Source: an uncultured Opitutales bacterium
Lineage (GTDB): Bacteria > Verrucomicrobiota > Verrucomicrobiia > Opitutales > Intestinicryptomonadaceae
Direction of reading: 5' to 3'
DNA: 32,000 bases
Assembly (NCBI GenBank): GCA_934660865.1
Contig: CAKUIA010000015.1
Location: 30,001-62,000, forward strand
Positions 1-8,557 of the stretch are shown in pieces. Every line of letters starts with the position of its first letter. Position 1 is the stretch's first letter. The notes beneath the pieces were generated by a model, which saw only the letters and a program-made list of their open reading frames with translations, searched no databases and had not been told where the DNA came from. The position numbers were made by a program, and so were the translations under genes.

Positions 1-1356
1 CGTCCACGACTTGATGATTGAGTTTTGGGCTTCCGTGCTCTTTTCGTCTGGGCCCCTAAACACTATCATATTCAAAACGGGCATTTGCGCTTTCTTTGAG
101 AAATAAATGTCGTTTAACAAGCCGTTTGTTCTGTAGTAGTCTATTATGCCTCTGATACCGTAGGGTCTGAATTTCGGGGGATTGGGCTTTTTTATGCCTT
201 TGCTTACGTTCGGCGGAGTTTCCTTCGGGGGAATGTAGAGTTTTTGCTCCCTCATTGCCTGTTCGGGCGTGCCTACGTAAAGCGATTTGCCTTTGGCTTT
301 TCTTGCCGCATTTTCCTTTTCAATCCAAGCCCTTGCCTTTTTAAGACCGTCGGCGCGTGCTATTGCAACGTTCGACTGGTATTCGGCTTCCTTTTCTTCA
401 GTCCAGCCCGCCTGAGCTCTGGCTTTTGCGATTTGCTCTTCGTACTTTTCGGTTTCGCGGCGGTACTTTTCGGTTTCCGAATCCGTCCACGGGCGCATTA
501 CGCGTTCGGGGTCGGTCCATTCGGTGGCCAAAAAGTATATTGTGTCGGCACCCTGTTCAAGGGCGGCTTGGTAGAAACGGTAGCATGTAGAAATGCCTAT
601 GTTGTAGTTGCCCGAAGAGGGGGGTTGGGGTAGGAAGGGATATTTTAGCCTGTAGTTGCCCGAAACACCGATTTTTGTGAGGCTAGAGTTGATTGGGTCT
701 AGCCATTCGGGAAGCCTCTTTTTGTTGCTTTCGGTTGCGGGAATAAGCCCTTCGCGGCTGAACAGGTTAATGTATATACCCGCCGTTGTCGAGTAAGCCA
801 TTACGTTGAACAATACCGTGGGCGGCAACGCGTTTACAAGGCGCTTAACGTCGTCTTTAATAACCTTGTATGTTTCCAAACCGCCGCGCTGTTCGTTCAT
901 CAAATACGAAGAGGCGTCTATTACAATCAAAACCTTTTCGGTTTTCGATTGGATACCTATCAAGCTTACGTTTGTTGCGGTTAAATCCAAATCGCCAAAG
1001 CCTTTGGGCGGGGGAGTTCCCGTAAACGAGCCGCCTGCAATGGAGCCAGAGGGCAGGCTAATGTTGACGTTGCTTACATTCGAAACTCTGGCGTTTTGAA
1101 TTTGAATTCTTTTTGCAAGCTTTTGCGACCTTCTTTGGTTGTTTCTGGCCTTTGTCTGATACTGCTTTTTTTGGTTGCTAACCTTTTCGGCAGGAGGCGG
1201 GGCTTTAAACTCTTCTTGCGGATTTATTATTTGCTGGCTTATTATAACACTGCCCAATACAAGCAGCGCTACAACGTGCAAAACTGCAACTATCAACATA
1301 ATTTGATAGAGCAAAGTGTCCTTTTGTCTCTTTGGCCTAAAATGATGTATTTTCAT
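1..1356 (-). CDS. membrane-anchored vWA-like protein (C-terminus runs off window; 452 codons visible)
   Basis: Not in the supplied ORF track because it is open at the window edge. My translation of the minus strand from ATG 1356..1354 gives MKIHHFRPKRQKDTLLYQIMLIVAVLHVVALLVLGSVIIS... and stays open to position 1 (1356 nt = 452 codons). It has an N-terminal TM helix. KVLIVIDASSYLMNEQRGG looks like the first strand plus a degenerate MIDAS (DxSxS-like) of a von Willebrand A fold. A charged helical stretch follows (ETEKYRRETEKYEEQIAKARAQ). It starts 21 nt after the stop of the upstream TPR gene. Track ORFs 244..633, 806..1099 and 1096..1899 are antisense to it. Confidence 0.7.
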   Translation of the reverse strand, partial: MKIHHFRPKRQKDTLLYQIMLIVAVLHVVALLVLGSVIISQQIINPQEEFKAPPPAEKVSNQKKQYQTKARNNQRRSQKLAKRIQIQNARVSNVSNVNISLPSGSIAGGSFTGTPPPKGFGDLDLTATNVSLIGIQSKTEKVLIVIDASSYLMNEQRGGLETYKVIKDDVKRLVNALPPTVLFNVMAYSTTAGIYINLFSREGLIPATESNKKRLPEWLDPINSSLTKIGVSGNYRLKYPFLPQPPSSGNYNIGISTCYRFYQAALEQGADTIYFLATEWTDPERVMRPWTDSETEKYRRETEKYEEQIAKARAQAGWTEEKEAEYQSNVAIARADGLKKARAWIEKENAARKAKGKSLYVGTPEQAMREQKLYIPPKETPPNVSKGIKKPNPPKFRPYGIRGIIDYYRTNGLLNDIYFSKKAQMPVLNMIVFRGPDEKSTEAQNSIIKSWT

Positions 1357-1377
1357 AGGTTGTTTATAAATATTAAA

Positions 1378-2583
1378 TTATTCTTCCTGTGCGGGGGCGG
1401 TTTTTGCTTCCTTTTCTATAAGGGCAATTTGCGCTTTGGCTTGTTTTGTAAACACGCTGTTCGGGTAAAAAAGCCCCAGTTCCTCGAATATTTCCTTTGC
1501 AACTTGCGGCTTTTTTATCTGTTTATAGCACAAAGCGGTGTTGTAGGTAAGCTCCGCCATCCATTGGTCGGTGGGCTTGCCGTATATTATGCCTTCCGAG
1601 AAGTTTTCGAGAGCCTCTTTGTACTGCTTCGACGTTGTAAGCAGCATGCCCTTTATCATCTGCGCAAGAGAAAATACGGGAGATTTTCTGTCGATATTTT
1701 TTATTGTTGTAGACTTTACGAAAACCTTTGCCGAAACCAGGTTGCCCGAGCTGATGTCGCAGTAGAGCATCCACAAGGTGCACGCGAGCTTGTCGGGGTT
1801 TTCCTTAAGCGACTGCAATTTTGCATACCACCTCGAAACCTCCTTTATTTTGCCCGCGTTTCTGATTGTGTCGAGCGAGTCCAAAAAGTCGGGAATTAGC
1901 ACCGCAAATTCGCCTTCAAACGAGAGTTTGTCGGCAAGCTTAAGGGCTTCGTCGTAGCGGCCAAGCTTTGTAAGCTCGCCGATAAGCTTTACGGCCTGTG
2001 CCGAAAATTGGGGCTTAATTTTTGCGTAGTCCAGCGACATCATAATGGCGTATGCCTCGTTTACGCGCCCCGCGTCGATTAGCAGGTCGGTAAAATTAAG
2101 AACATCGTTGTGTATTGCCATTAGCGATTCCGGAGCGGGCAAAAGCTGTATTAGGGGGTAAATTCCCTTTCTCATCATGCTAATTGCCGCTTCGTTGTTG
2201 CCGCTTAAAACGGCGTCTTTAATCTTTATTGCCAAGTCGCCGTCGGCTTTGTAGGTAAACTTTATGCCCGTTCTGTTTGCGGGAATAAGCATTTCGCCGC
2301 CTTCGGCCGCGCCCTCGGGGGCCATTGCATAGTGCACAACGCCCTTGATGATTTCCGACTTAACATAGCGCATTTTAGATTCCTTTTGCGTTGCTTCGTC
2401 GTAGGTGGTAAGCACGGGTTTAGCTCCCGCAAAGTCGTTCATATAAGACCTGTCTTGCGACTGGCCTTGCGCTACGGCCGTAATGACGGCTTTGGGGGCT
2501 TCGGGCTTTGCGTTGTCGGCCGCCATTGCGAAGACGGGGAGTGCCAACGCCGTAACTACCGTAAGTTTTTGTATGTTTTTCAT
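1378..2583 (-). CDS. secreted TPR-like helical-repeat protein
   Basis: 401-aa ORF with a signal peptide (MKNIQKLTVVTALALPVFAMA|AD). Repeated TPR-like helix pairs are present (GRVNEAYAIMMSLDYAKI, GRYDEALKLADKLS). The C-terminal segment YKQIKKPQVAKEIFEELGLFYPNSVFTKQAKAQIALIEKE resembles the YbgF/TPR type. It lies 18 nt downstream of the 1067-aa TPR gene. Confidence 0.75.
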   Translation of the reverse strand: MKNIQKLTVVTALALPVFAMAADNAKPEAPKAVITAVAQGQSQDRSYMNDFAGAKPVLTTYDEATQKESKMRYVKSEIIKGVVHYAMAPEGAAEGGEMLIPANRTGIKFTYKADGDLAIKIKDAVLSGNNEAAISMMRKGIYPLIQLLPAPESLMAIHNDVLNFTDLLIDAGRVNEAYAIMMSLDYAKIKPQFSAQAVKLIGELTKLGRYDEALKLADKLSFEGEFAVLIPDFLDSLDTIRNAGKIKEVSRWYAKLQSLKENPDKLACTLWMLYCDISSGNLVSAKVFVKSTTIKNIDRKSPVFSLAQMIKGMLLTTSKQYKEALENFSEGIIYGKPTDQWMAELTYNTALCYKQIKKPQVAKEIFEELGLFYPNSVFTKQAKAQIALIEKEAKTAPAQEE

Positions 2584-2601
2584 CTTAAAATATGCCTGAT
2601 A

Positions 2602-5600
2602 TTATAGGGTGTTTTTGTAGTTTACAATTTGGTCGTGTTCGGGAGATGCCGCGGCATCGGGGGTTTTTAAATACGCGTCGCAGGTTTCCTTTGCCTTTTC
2701 TATGTCGCCCATTCTTACCAACAATTTGGCTTCGGCCAGGGCGGCTTTGCCCGAATACTTAAGGCAGTTTGAGTAGCCTATTGCGCAGTTGTCGTAATAG
2801 TTCAAAGCCTTTTCGTACTTCTTTGCGCGTTCGGCCAACAGTGCCTGGTTGTAAAGGGCGGCAGCGTAGGGTTCGCCGCGCCAATCGGGAGTTTTGCGTA
2901 TGCTTTCAAACTTTTTGTCGGCTTCGTTGTATCTGCCCAATTTTACGAGCATTTCGCCGTGTTTGATTGCAACCTGGGCAATCTTCGGGTCGGTGGAATA
3001 TTCCTCTTCGGCGCGAATGTATTGCTTTAAAGCGTCTTCCCACTTGCCCTGTTTTTCGTCGAGGCTTGCCAAGCCCAATATGGCTTCAAGCATATACTGG
3101 GCGTCGCTTTCGCTGTCGAGAACATACTGGTATGTTTTCTTTGCCGCTTCAACGCCGTAGGCTTCGTTGTGCTTTGCAATCCAAATAAGGGTTGCGGGGC
3201 TTGCAAGCTTGTAGTCGTCTTCGTTAAAGGCTTTTGCGGGAATGGGTGCCTTGCAGAACTTGTCCAAGGCCATCATCATTCTGTAATACATTGTAGGCTT
3301 TTTGCCTTCCGAAGACTTTAAAAGCGAAGCGTAAAAATCTTTGGGAGTTTGCTTGGGGAACATCGAAAGCTGTTTTTCGTAGTGTTTAAGCAAAGCCTGC
3401 AAAGGTTTCTTGTCGTTCAACAGGTTTACGCTGTATTTTTCGTCGCTCTTAAATTTAAGATAAAGCGAGTTGTCTATCTTCGAATTTTTAAGGAAGAACC
3501 TGTATCTTTCGGCGGGGTTTGTTACCATTGTGTTCAAAAGCTTTTCGTCGCCGATAACGTCTTTAAGGAACTTTACCGAGGCTTCGAGGGTGGCTTTTGT
3601 TTTCGGGTAGTCTGCAACATAGCGCTCGAGGGCTTTGTCTACGCCGTCAAGCTGTTTGTCGTTGCCGTATTTTTCTATAAGGTTTTTCAATTCCAGCAAA
3701 GCCTCCGTTTGGCGTGCGCTTCTCGAAAACGCCGCAGACTTGTAGAACTCTATCATGGCAATGTTGCCGTTGGGATACTTCTTTTCGTACTGGTTTGCCA
3801 GCTTTATTATGGCCGCGTTGTCGTCGGCCTTTTCGTAGATGGAAATGCTTTGGAAGTACGATTGGTCTATATAGCTTTGGCTGGAGGTTTTCTTTTCCAC
3901 TTCGGCGTAGTGGTGCAGGGCTTCCTTAACGTAGCCGGAACCTAAGTTGATATCGCCCAAGAAGAATTCGGCTTCGCCGCAAAGTTCGTTGCCCATGTAG
4001 GTGTCGATAAACTTTGCAAACAAGTCCTGCGCCAAGTTTAAGTCCTGCTTGCCGTAGGCCGCAATGGCGCGGCGGTAGGTGGCGTCTTCGGCATAGGGGC
4101 TTGTGGAGAACTTCGAAACAAGGCGGTCGAAATCCTTGAAGGCGTTGTCGAAAGAGCCCGTTACCAAGTTTGCCAAACCCGACCAATACAACAGGGCGTC
4201 GGCAATGGGCGAAGCGCCGTAGTCGGCAAGGTAGCCCTTAAAGCAAACTTTTAGCTCGTCGTATTTTTGGTCGTCTATCCAGGCCTTGCCCATAAGGTAA
4301 ATCATGCTTTCGCAGGATTTGTCTTTGTGATATTTGGGCACAAATTCCTTTGCTATGGCAAAGAATTCGTCTTTCATGCCCTTTTCGTTATAGTAAATTG
4401 CAATTTGCAGCGAAACGTCTTTTATATAGCGACCCTTGGGGAACTTTTCCATATAGGTTTGGCCGAGCTTGAACATTTCGTCGGATTTGCCGATTTTATA
4501 TGCGCCCAAAAAGGCAAGGTAGTAGTAGTTTTCCATTTCCGAGCTTTTCGGGAATGTGTCGATAAGCTGTTTGTATGCCCAAAAGCTTTCGTAGTCGCGC
4601 TCGGTTTTAAGGTAGTTTTGAGCCTTGCCGAACATCAGGTATTCGGTGTAGGGCTTTGCCTGGCTTAGCATGTTAAGCTGTTGTTCGGCAATCAAAATCT
4701 TGCCGTTTAAGTCGGCAATGGCGGGGTTGTCGGGGTTTATGGCCTTTACCTTTTCCAACTGCGAAGAAAGCTTTTTCTTATATTGTTCAAAGAATGCAAT
4801 AAGCTGGTCTTGGTCGTAAACCATGCTGTAGAAAATGGCTGCGGTGTTGTATTCGTGCACCTTGTCGGTTGCCAAGTCCATTGCGGCCTGCAAAAGGGCA
4901 ACGTTCAACGAAACGTCGTATCTGGCGGGCTCGTTGATTACCATGTAGGGGAAATATTTTTTCGCCTTGTCGTACTTCTTTTCGCTGATTGCGCTTTGAA
5001 TTAGGCCGGAAGCCGCCAAAATTTTGTCTTCGGGAAGCTTCGAAGTGTTTAAGAGCATTGTAAACCACTTGTCGCTGCCCTTCCACGAACGCATTGAATA
5101 AAGGCTTTGCGCGATACGGCGCACTATGCCAAGGCGTTCCTTGTCGGAAAGGTCGTTAACATAGGGTTTTTCGAGCAGCTTGCCCAAAGTGTCGGCGGCC
5201 TGCTTGTATTTTTTTTGGTGTATGTAGCATGTCGAAAGCAGGTCGATTGCGTTTCTCGACGAGTCGGATTTCGGCAGGGAAAGGATTTTGTTTAGGCACT
5301 TTATGGATTCGTTAAGCGACTTGGTGTCGCGCGTGTTCGCATAGTCCTGGAAAAAGCTGTATGCCTTAAAGTAGTACAATGTGGGAACCGCCTTGCGTGC
5401 CGATTCGTCGGTGTTTTCCGAGCCTGCAAACCTCTTTAAAAGTTCGTCTACATAGGGGCGCGCCTCGACAAACTTTTTTGCCGCAATAAGGTTCTTCATT
5501 TCGGTGTTAAGCGCGCTAATGCCCATCTGCTTTATCTCGTTGGGGATAGAGGGCGCCGCCGAATTTGCGGGAGCCGCCTTCTTTGCGTCGGCCTTGGCCG

Positions 5601-5805
5601 GAGCCGCTTTTTTGTCGGTCTTTTTTGTGTCCGCCGCTTTTTTAGTTTCGGCCTTTGCCTTTTTTGCGGGTTTCTTTGCAGCGCCATCGCTTTGCGCAAA
5701 GCGAATGCCGTTTAGGCTTGCGTTCGATTTCGCCGTGTCGGTAAGCGCCAAAGCCGAGGCCGCGCAGAGAATTCCAGCGATGAAAATTGTATATTTTCGG
5801 AACAT
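2602..5805 (-). CDS. large secreted tetratricopeptide-repeat protein with Lys/Ala-rich N-terminal linker
   Basis: 1067-aa ORF with a signal peptide (MFRKYTIFIAGILCAASALA). A low-complexity K/A/P tract (AKKPAKKAKAETKKAADTKKTDKKAAPAKADAKKAAPANSAAPS) maps to about 5550-5682. Many TPR-like units follow (FPKGRYIKDVSLQIAIYY, STSPYAEDATYRRAIAAYGKQDLNLAQDLF, YPNGNIAMIEFYKSAAF, GRYNEADKKFESI). Confidence 0.8.
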   Translation of the reverse strand: MFRKYTIFIAGILCAASALALTDTAKSNASLNGIRFAQSDGAAKKPAKKAKAETKKAADTKKTDKKAAPAKADAKKAAPANSAAPSIPNEIKQMGISALNTEMKNLIAAKKFVEARPYVDELLKRFAGSENTDESARKAVPTLYYFKAYSFFQDYANTRDTKSLNESIKCLNKILSLPKSDSSRNAIDLLSTCYIHQKKYKQAADTLGKLLEKPYVNDLSDKERLGIVRRIAQSLYSMRSWKGSDKWFTMLLNTSKLPEDKILAASGLIQSAISEKKYDKAKKYFPYMVINEPARYDVSLNVALLQAAMDLATDKVHEYNTAAIFYSMVYDQDQLIAFFEQYKKKLSSQLEKVKAINPDNPAIADLNGKILIAEQQLNMLSQAKPYTEYLMFGKAQNYLKTERDYESFWAYKQLIDTFPKSSEMENYYYLAFLGAYKIGKSDEMFKLGQTYMEKFPKGRYIKDVSLQIAIYYNEKGMKDEFFAIAKEFVPKYHKDKSCESMIYLMGKAWIDDQKYDELKVCFKGYLADYGASPIADALLYWSGLANLVTGSFDNAFKDFDRLVSKFSTSPYAEDATYRRAIAAYGKQDLNLAQDLFAKFIDTYMGNELCGEAEFFLGDINLGSGYVKEALHHYAEVEKKTSSQSYIDQSYFQSISIYEKADDNAAIIKLANQYEKKYPNGNIAMIEFYKSAAFSRSARQTEALLELKNLIEKYGNDKQLDGVDKALERYVADYPKTKATLEASVKFLKDVIGDEKLLNTMVTNPAERYRFFLKNSKIDNSLYLKFKSDEKYSVNLLNDKKPLQALLKHYEKQLSMFPKQTPKDFYASLLKSSEGKKPTMYYRMMMALDKFCKAPIPAKAFNEDDYKLASPATLIWIAKHNEAYGVEAAKKTYQYVLDSESDAQYMLEAILGLASLDEKQGKWEDALKQYIRAEEEYSTDPKIAQVAIKHGEMLVKLGRYNEADKKFESIRKTPDWRGEPYAAALYNQALLAERAKKYEKALNYYDNCAIGYSNCLKYSGKAALAEAKLLVRMGDIEKAKETCDAYLKTPDAAASPEHDQIVNYKNTL

Positions 5806-5980
5806 GATATTAGGGTCTATAAGTATTGTGAGTGTGTTATAACGTTATATATAAAAAAGGTTATATATAAAGTAAATGCCTAATTGTGCATTTTTCAATA
5901 TAATTATTAAAAAAAGGCGATTTTTTTAGCTCTTATTTTTCTTTACAAGAGGCAAAAAGGCGTAAAGTATGCCCTAAGAT

Positions 5981-6646
5981 ATGCCCGTAAGATGTTTGAT
6001 AAATGCGGGGCCAACCCGCGAGTATTTCGACGATGTCAGGTTTGTTTCGAACCCGTCGAGCGGCAAATTCGGCACAAAAATAGCAAAAGCCGCCCTAAAA
6101 AAAGGCTGGCAGGTTGTTCTTGTGCTGGGGGCGTGCTCGCCCGATTTAAGCGGTTTGGAAAACGCAAGCATTGTGCGCGTTATAACTTCGCAGGATATGT
6201 ACGAAAAGTGCTCCGAATATTTTGACGATTGCGACATATTCATTGCAAGCGCGGCCGTTTGCGACATGAAGCCGAAAACAAGGCTTTCGGGCAAGGTAAA
6301 GAAGTTCGACATGCAGTTTAACGTGGCTTTCGAGCCCACAATAGACGTGCTTAAAACGCTGTCTAAACGGCGCAAGAACAACCAGTTTTTGGCGGGCTTT
6401 GCCGCCGAAACCGACAATTTGCCTGCCTATGCCAAAAAGAAGCTGTCCGAAAAGAATCTCGACTGCGTTATAGCAAACAACGTTTCGAACGGCAGGGCTT
6501 TCGAAAAAGACTGCAACGAAGTTAGCGTATTTTTTGCAGACGGGAAAAAATTGGATATGCCCTACGCCGAAAAGGAAGTTTTGGCCGAACAAATTGTAGA
6601 CATTGTAGAAAGGGGCTATTTGGCGAAAAATGCACCTGCTTGTTGA
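5981..6646 (+). CDS. coaB: phosphopantothenate--cysteine ligase, stand-alone CoaB domain
   Basis: 221 aa. INAGPTREYFDDVRFVSNPSSGKFGTKIAKAALKKGWQVVLVLG matches the CoaB half of bifunctional Dfp/CoaBC (E. coli: [25 protein letters not shown]...). ASAAVCDMKPK and LAGFAAETDN are also typical. No flavoprotein CoaC domain is attached. Confidence 0.85.
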   Translation: MPVRCLINAGPTREYFDDVRFVSNPSSGKFGTKIAKAALKKGWQVVLVLGACSPDLSGLENASIVRVITSQDMYEKCSEYFDDCDIFIASAAVCDMKPKTRLSGKVKKFDMQFNVAFEPTIDVLKTLSKRRKNNQFLAGFAAETDNLPAYAKKKLSEKNLDCVIANNVSNGRAFEKDCNEVSVFFADGKKLDMPYAEKEVLAEQIVDIVERGYLAKNAPAC

Positions 6647-7106
6647 CGGCTGGAACGTTATACATTCCAACCAGCAAATGATGAGGCTTTTTAGGGAGGT
6701 TTCGCAGGATATTGCAGTAGAAGCTTTGTGCAATGCAATAGCCCCCATTCACGACGCCGACAATATAAGGGTAACCATTGTTTTCGACGGCAGGGGCGAT
6801 ACCATAGAAATAGTCCGCAAAACGCGGCTTAACACATATTCGCAGGTTTATACACCGTCGAATATGAGCGCCGACGACTTTATAGAGCAGTATTGCTCCA
6901 TACACGGGCAAGACTGCACCGTGGCAACGCGCGACAATCTGCTGGCGTTAACGGTGTCGTCGTTCGGCTCGCAAACGGTAAGCCCCGACTATCTTTTTGA
7001 ATGGGCGCAATCCTGCGCAAAGCGCATTTCGCGCAAAAGCGCCGAAATTTCCGAAAAATCTAAGCTTAAGTGGAAAGAATCGAACCCCTTTAGAAAACTT
7101 AAGTAG
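6630..7106 (+). CDS. NYN-domain (YacP/Rae1-like) predicted ribonuclease
   Basis: 158 aa. MHLLVDGWNVIH...VTIVFDGRG...VYTPSNMSADDFIEQ...VATRDNLL is the YacP-like NYN/PIN-type pattern (LxDGYNv ... vvFDg ... ADd.I ... VvTSD). The start overlaps the coaB 3' end by 17 nt. Confidence 0.7.
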   Translation: MHLLVDGWNVIHSNQQMMRLFREVSQDIAVEALCNAIAPIHDADNIRVTIVFDGRGDTIEIVRKTRLNTYSQVYTPSNMSADDFIEQYCSIHGQDCTVATRDNLLALTVSSFGSQTVSPDYLFEWAQSCAKRISRKSAEISEKSKLKWKESNPFRKLK

Positions 7107-7315
7107 ACAAATTTTTTGCAAAAAACAAATCTCGAACAATCGATATTATGTCTAATAGCGTAATATAGACGGAATGGTTAAGATTGTTTTTTAACATTTG
7201 TTTAACATGTTGAATGTCTGTATGTTAATAATATTGCAATGGGGCGATATTTTGATTCTGTTGCACGATACTTGCAAGCAGATGCTATTAAACCCGACAG
7301 CAGCTTAATGGGGCT

Positions 7316-8557
7316 TCAATACAATTTTTGAATGTTCTGCGTTTGTCTTCTGAGCCGTTCATACGTCTTATCCCATTTGGGCAAGTAAATCGCAGAGATG
7401 TTTATGCCTTGTGGGGTAAGGTAGGGTGAGGGTTTTATCAAAACGCAAGGGGTTTTTGTAGTGTTTGCAAAATCGGAGCAGTTCCCGAAGAGTATGTACT
7501 CTTTTGCGGAAGCGTTAGGTAATGCTTCGCCGCAAAACGGCTGCAAGGCTATTGCACAATCTTTGCCTATGCCGTGAGATGTTATAAAATCCCAAGCAGA
7601 GTTTAGGGTGTAATCGTCATCGAAGAGGGTAAGCCTTTGCGGGGTACTTTCGGTAAATCCCACAAATTCAATTCCATCAAGTTGCTGGTATTTGGGGGAC
7701 TGTGGAAGCGTTTTACTTATGGCAAATAATCCCAAGAGGGCGGCACACGAAACACCAAAAGAAACAGCAACCCGTTTTAGGGAAAACTCTCCAAAACATA
7801 AATACGTTCCCAGTGCGAGGAATGCCACAAAGTTTACCCATTGCATTACTACGTTTAAAGGTGTGAAATGCCCAAATCTTTGCGGATACAACAATACTTC
7901 AAAATCAAAGACGCTGGCGAATGTCGCAGAAACCGATAGTCCGCAAAAGGCTATAACAGCCGCAATTTTTAGGCGCGATGGCTTTTTGAAGCCTCCAGAT
8001 ATGGCGTATGCAATGAAAGTAAGCCACAATGCACAGATAAAAATTCCGTATTCGCAGAGCAGGGTAAGGTGGCTGTTTACGAGCGTTCGGCAGTTTATGC
8101 CGTCGGGGAGCAGGAATGCCATGGCAATTTTTCCAGAATTACCCAATCCCACACCGAATGGATTTGCCGCAAATATAGAAAGCCCAGCCTGCCAAATTTG
8201 AAGTCTGTTGCTGGCCGAAGCATCTATTGTGAAACGCTCTGAAACACCTAACACAACAGCCACTCCGACGACAATTACCCCCAATACGGCAAACGGTTCC
8301 CAGCTTTTAAGCTTTGTCGCAGCTAAAAAGGCAACCGCTTCTAACGCCAAAACTACCAGTCCCGACCTTGAATAAGTTGTAGCCAACGCATACACAAGAA
8401 CGGCAGATAACAAAAATCCGGCAAACTTCTTCCAAAATTGGGGTTGTAAGAATAGTAGCCACACAAACGGTAGCACCACACATATCAACGCGGCGGCGTG
8501 GTTTGGATTGTAGAACCCGAAACCATAGCGAACAAGGCCTTCGTAGGTAAATTCCAT
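7316..8557 (-). CDS. O-antigen ligase / Wzy_C-family polytopic membrane protein, N-terminally short, with about 130-aa C-terminal soluble extension
   Basis: 413 aa. Family hallmarks are GFGFYNPNHAAALI (aa 12-25), TYSRSGLVVLALEA (about aa 60) and NRLQIWQAGLSIFAANPFGVGLGNSG (about aa 117-142), with multiple TM segments. In typical family members these motifs sit about 150-200 residues further from the N-terminus, so this copy looks short at the 5' end. The tail from about aa 285 is non-hydrophobic. The ATG directly abuts the upstream esterase stop (TAAATG). Confidence 0.75.
   Translation of the reverse strand: MEFTYEGLVRYGFGFYNPNHAAALICVVLPFVWLLFLQPQFWKKFAGFLLSAVLVYALATTYSRSGLVVLALEAVAFLAATKLKSWEPFAVLGVIVVGVAVVLGVSERFTIDASASNRLQIWQAGLSIFAANPFGVGLGNSGKIAMAFLLPDGINCRTLVNSHLTLLCEYGIFICALWLTFIAYAISGGFKKPSRLKIAAVIAFCGLSVSATFASVFDFEVLLYPQRFGHFTPLNVVMQWVNFVAFLALGTYLCFGEFSLKRVAVSFGVSCAALLGLFAISKTLPQSPKYQQLDGIEFVGFTESTPQRLTLFDDDYTLNSAWDFITSHGIGKDCAIALQPFCGEALPNASAKEYILFGNCSDFANTTKTPCVLIKPSPYLTPQGINISAIYLPKWDKTYERLRRQTQNIQKLY

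Noticed and set aside
244-1899. Plus-strand track ORFs 244..633, 357..590, 806..1099 and 1096..1899 (up to 267 aa)
   Set aside because: They are antisense to an uninterrupted 452-codon minus-strand frame that has a TM helix and sensible domain content. Their own translations are Phe/Leu/Cys/Arg-rich with no motifs, and 1096..1899 also runs antisense into the 401-aa TPR gene.
5844-5871. 12-bp direct repeat GTTATATATAAA x2 (5844-5855 and 5860-5871) in the divergent TPR/coaB promoter region
   Set aside because: It is TA-rich sequence of the kind expected in promoter spacers. There is no third copy or matching inverted partner, so support for a specific binding site is insufficient.
5974-6911. 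Minus-strand ORFs 5974..6417, 6146..6748 and 6522..6911
   Set aside because: They are antisense to the clearly recognisable coaB and NYN genes. Their composition is typical of shadow ORFs.
7112-7125. Perfect 14-bp palindrome TTTTTTGCAAAAAA, repeated at 22670..22683, and CTTTTGCGCAAAAG at 22773..22786 upstream of trkA
   Set aside because: These are low-complexity A/T-run palindromes in AT-rich intergenic DNA. They could be weak terminators, promoter elements or operators, but two occurrences of such a simple motif are not enough to claim a regulatory site.
7107-7315. Small ORFs in the convergent intergenic gap (for example the 33-codon MLNVCMLIILQWGDILILLHDTCKQMLLNPTAA on plus, and a 32-codon ORF on minus)
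   Set aside because: There is no ribosome-binding context, no recognisable family, and the DNA is AT-rich, where short ORFs arise by chance. No tRNA-like or structured-RNA signature was seen either.
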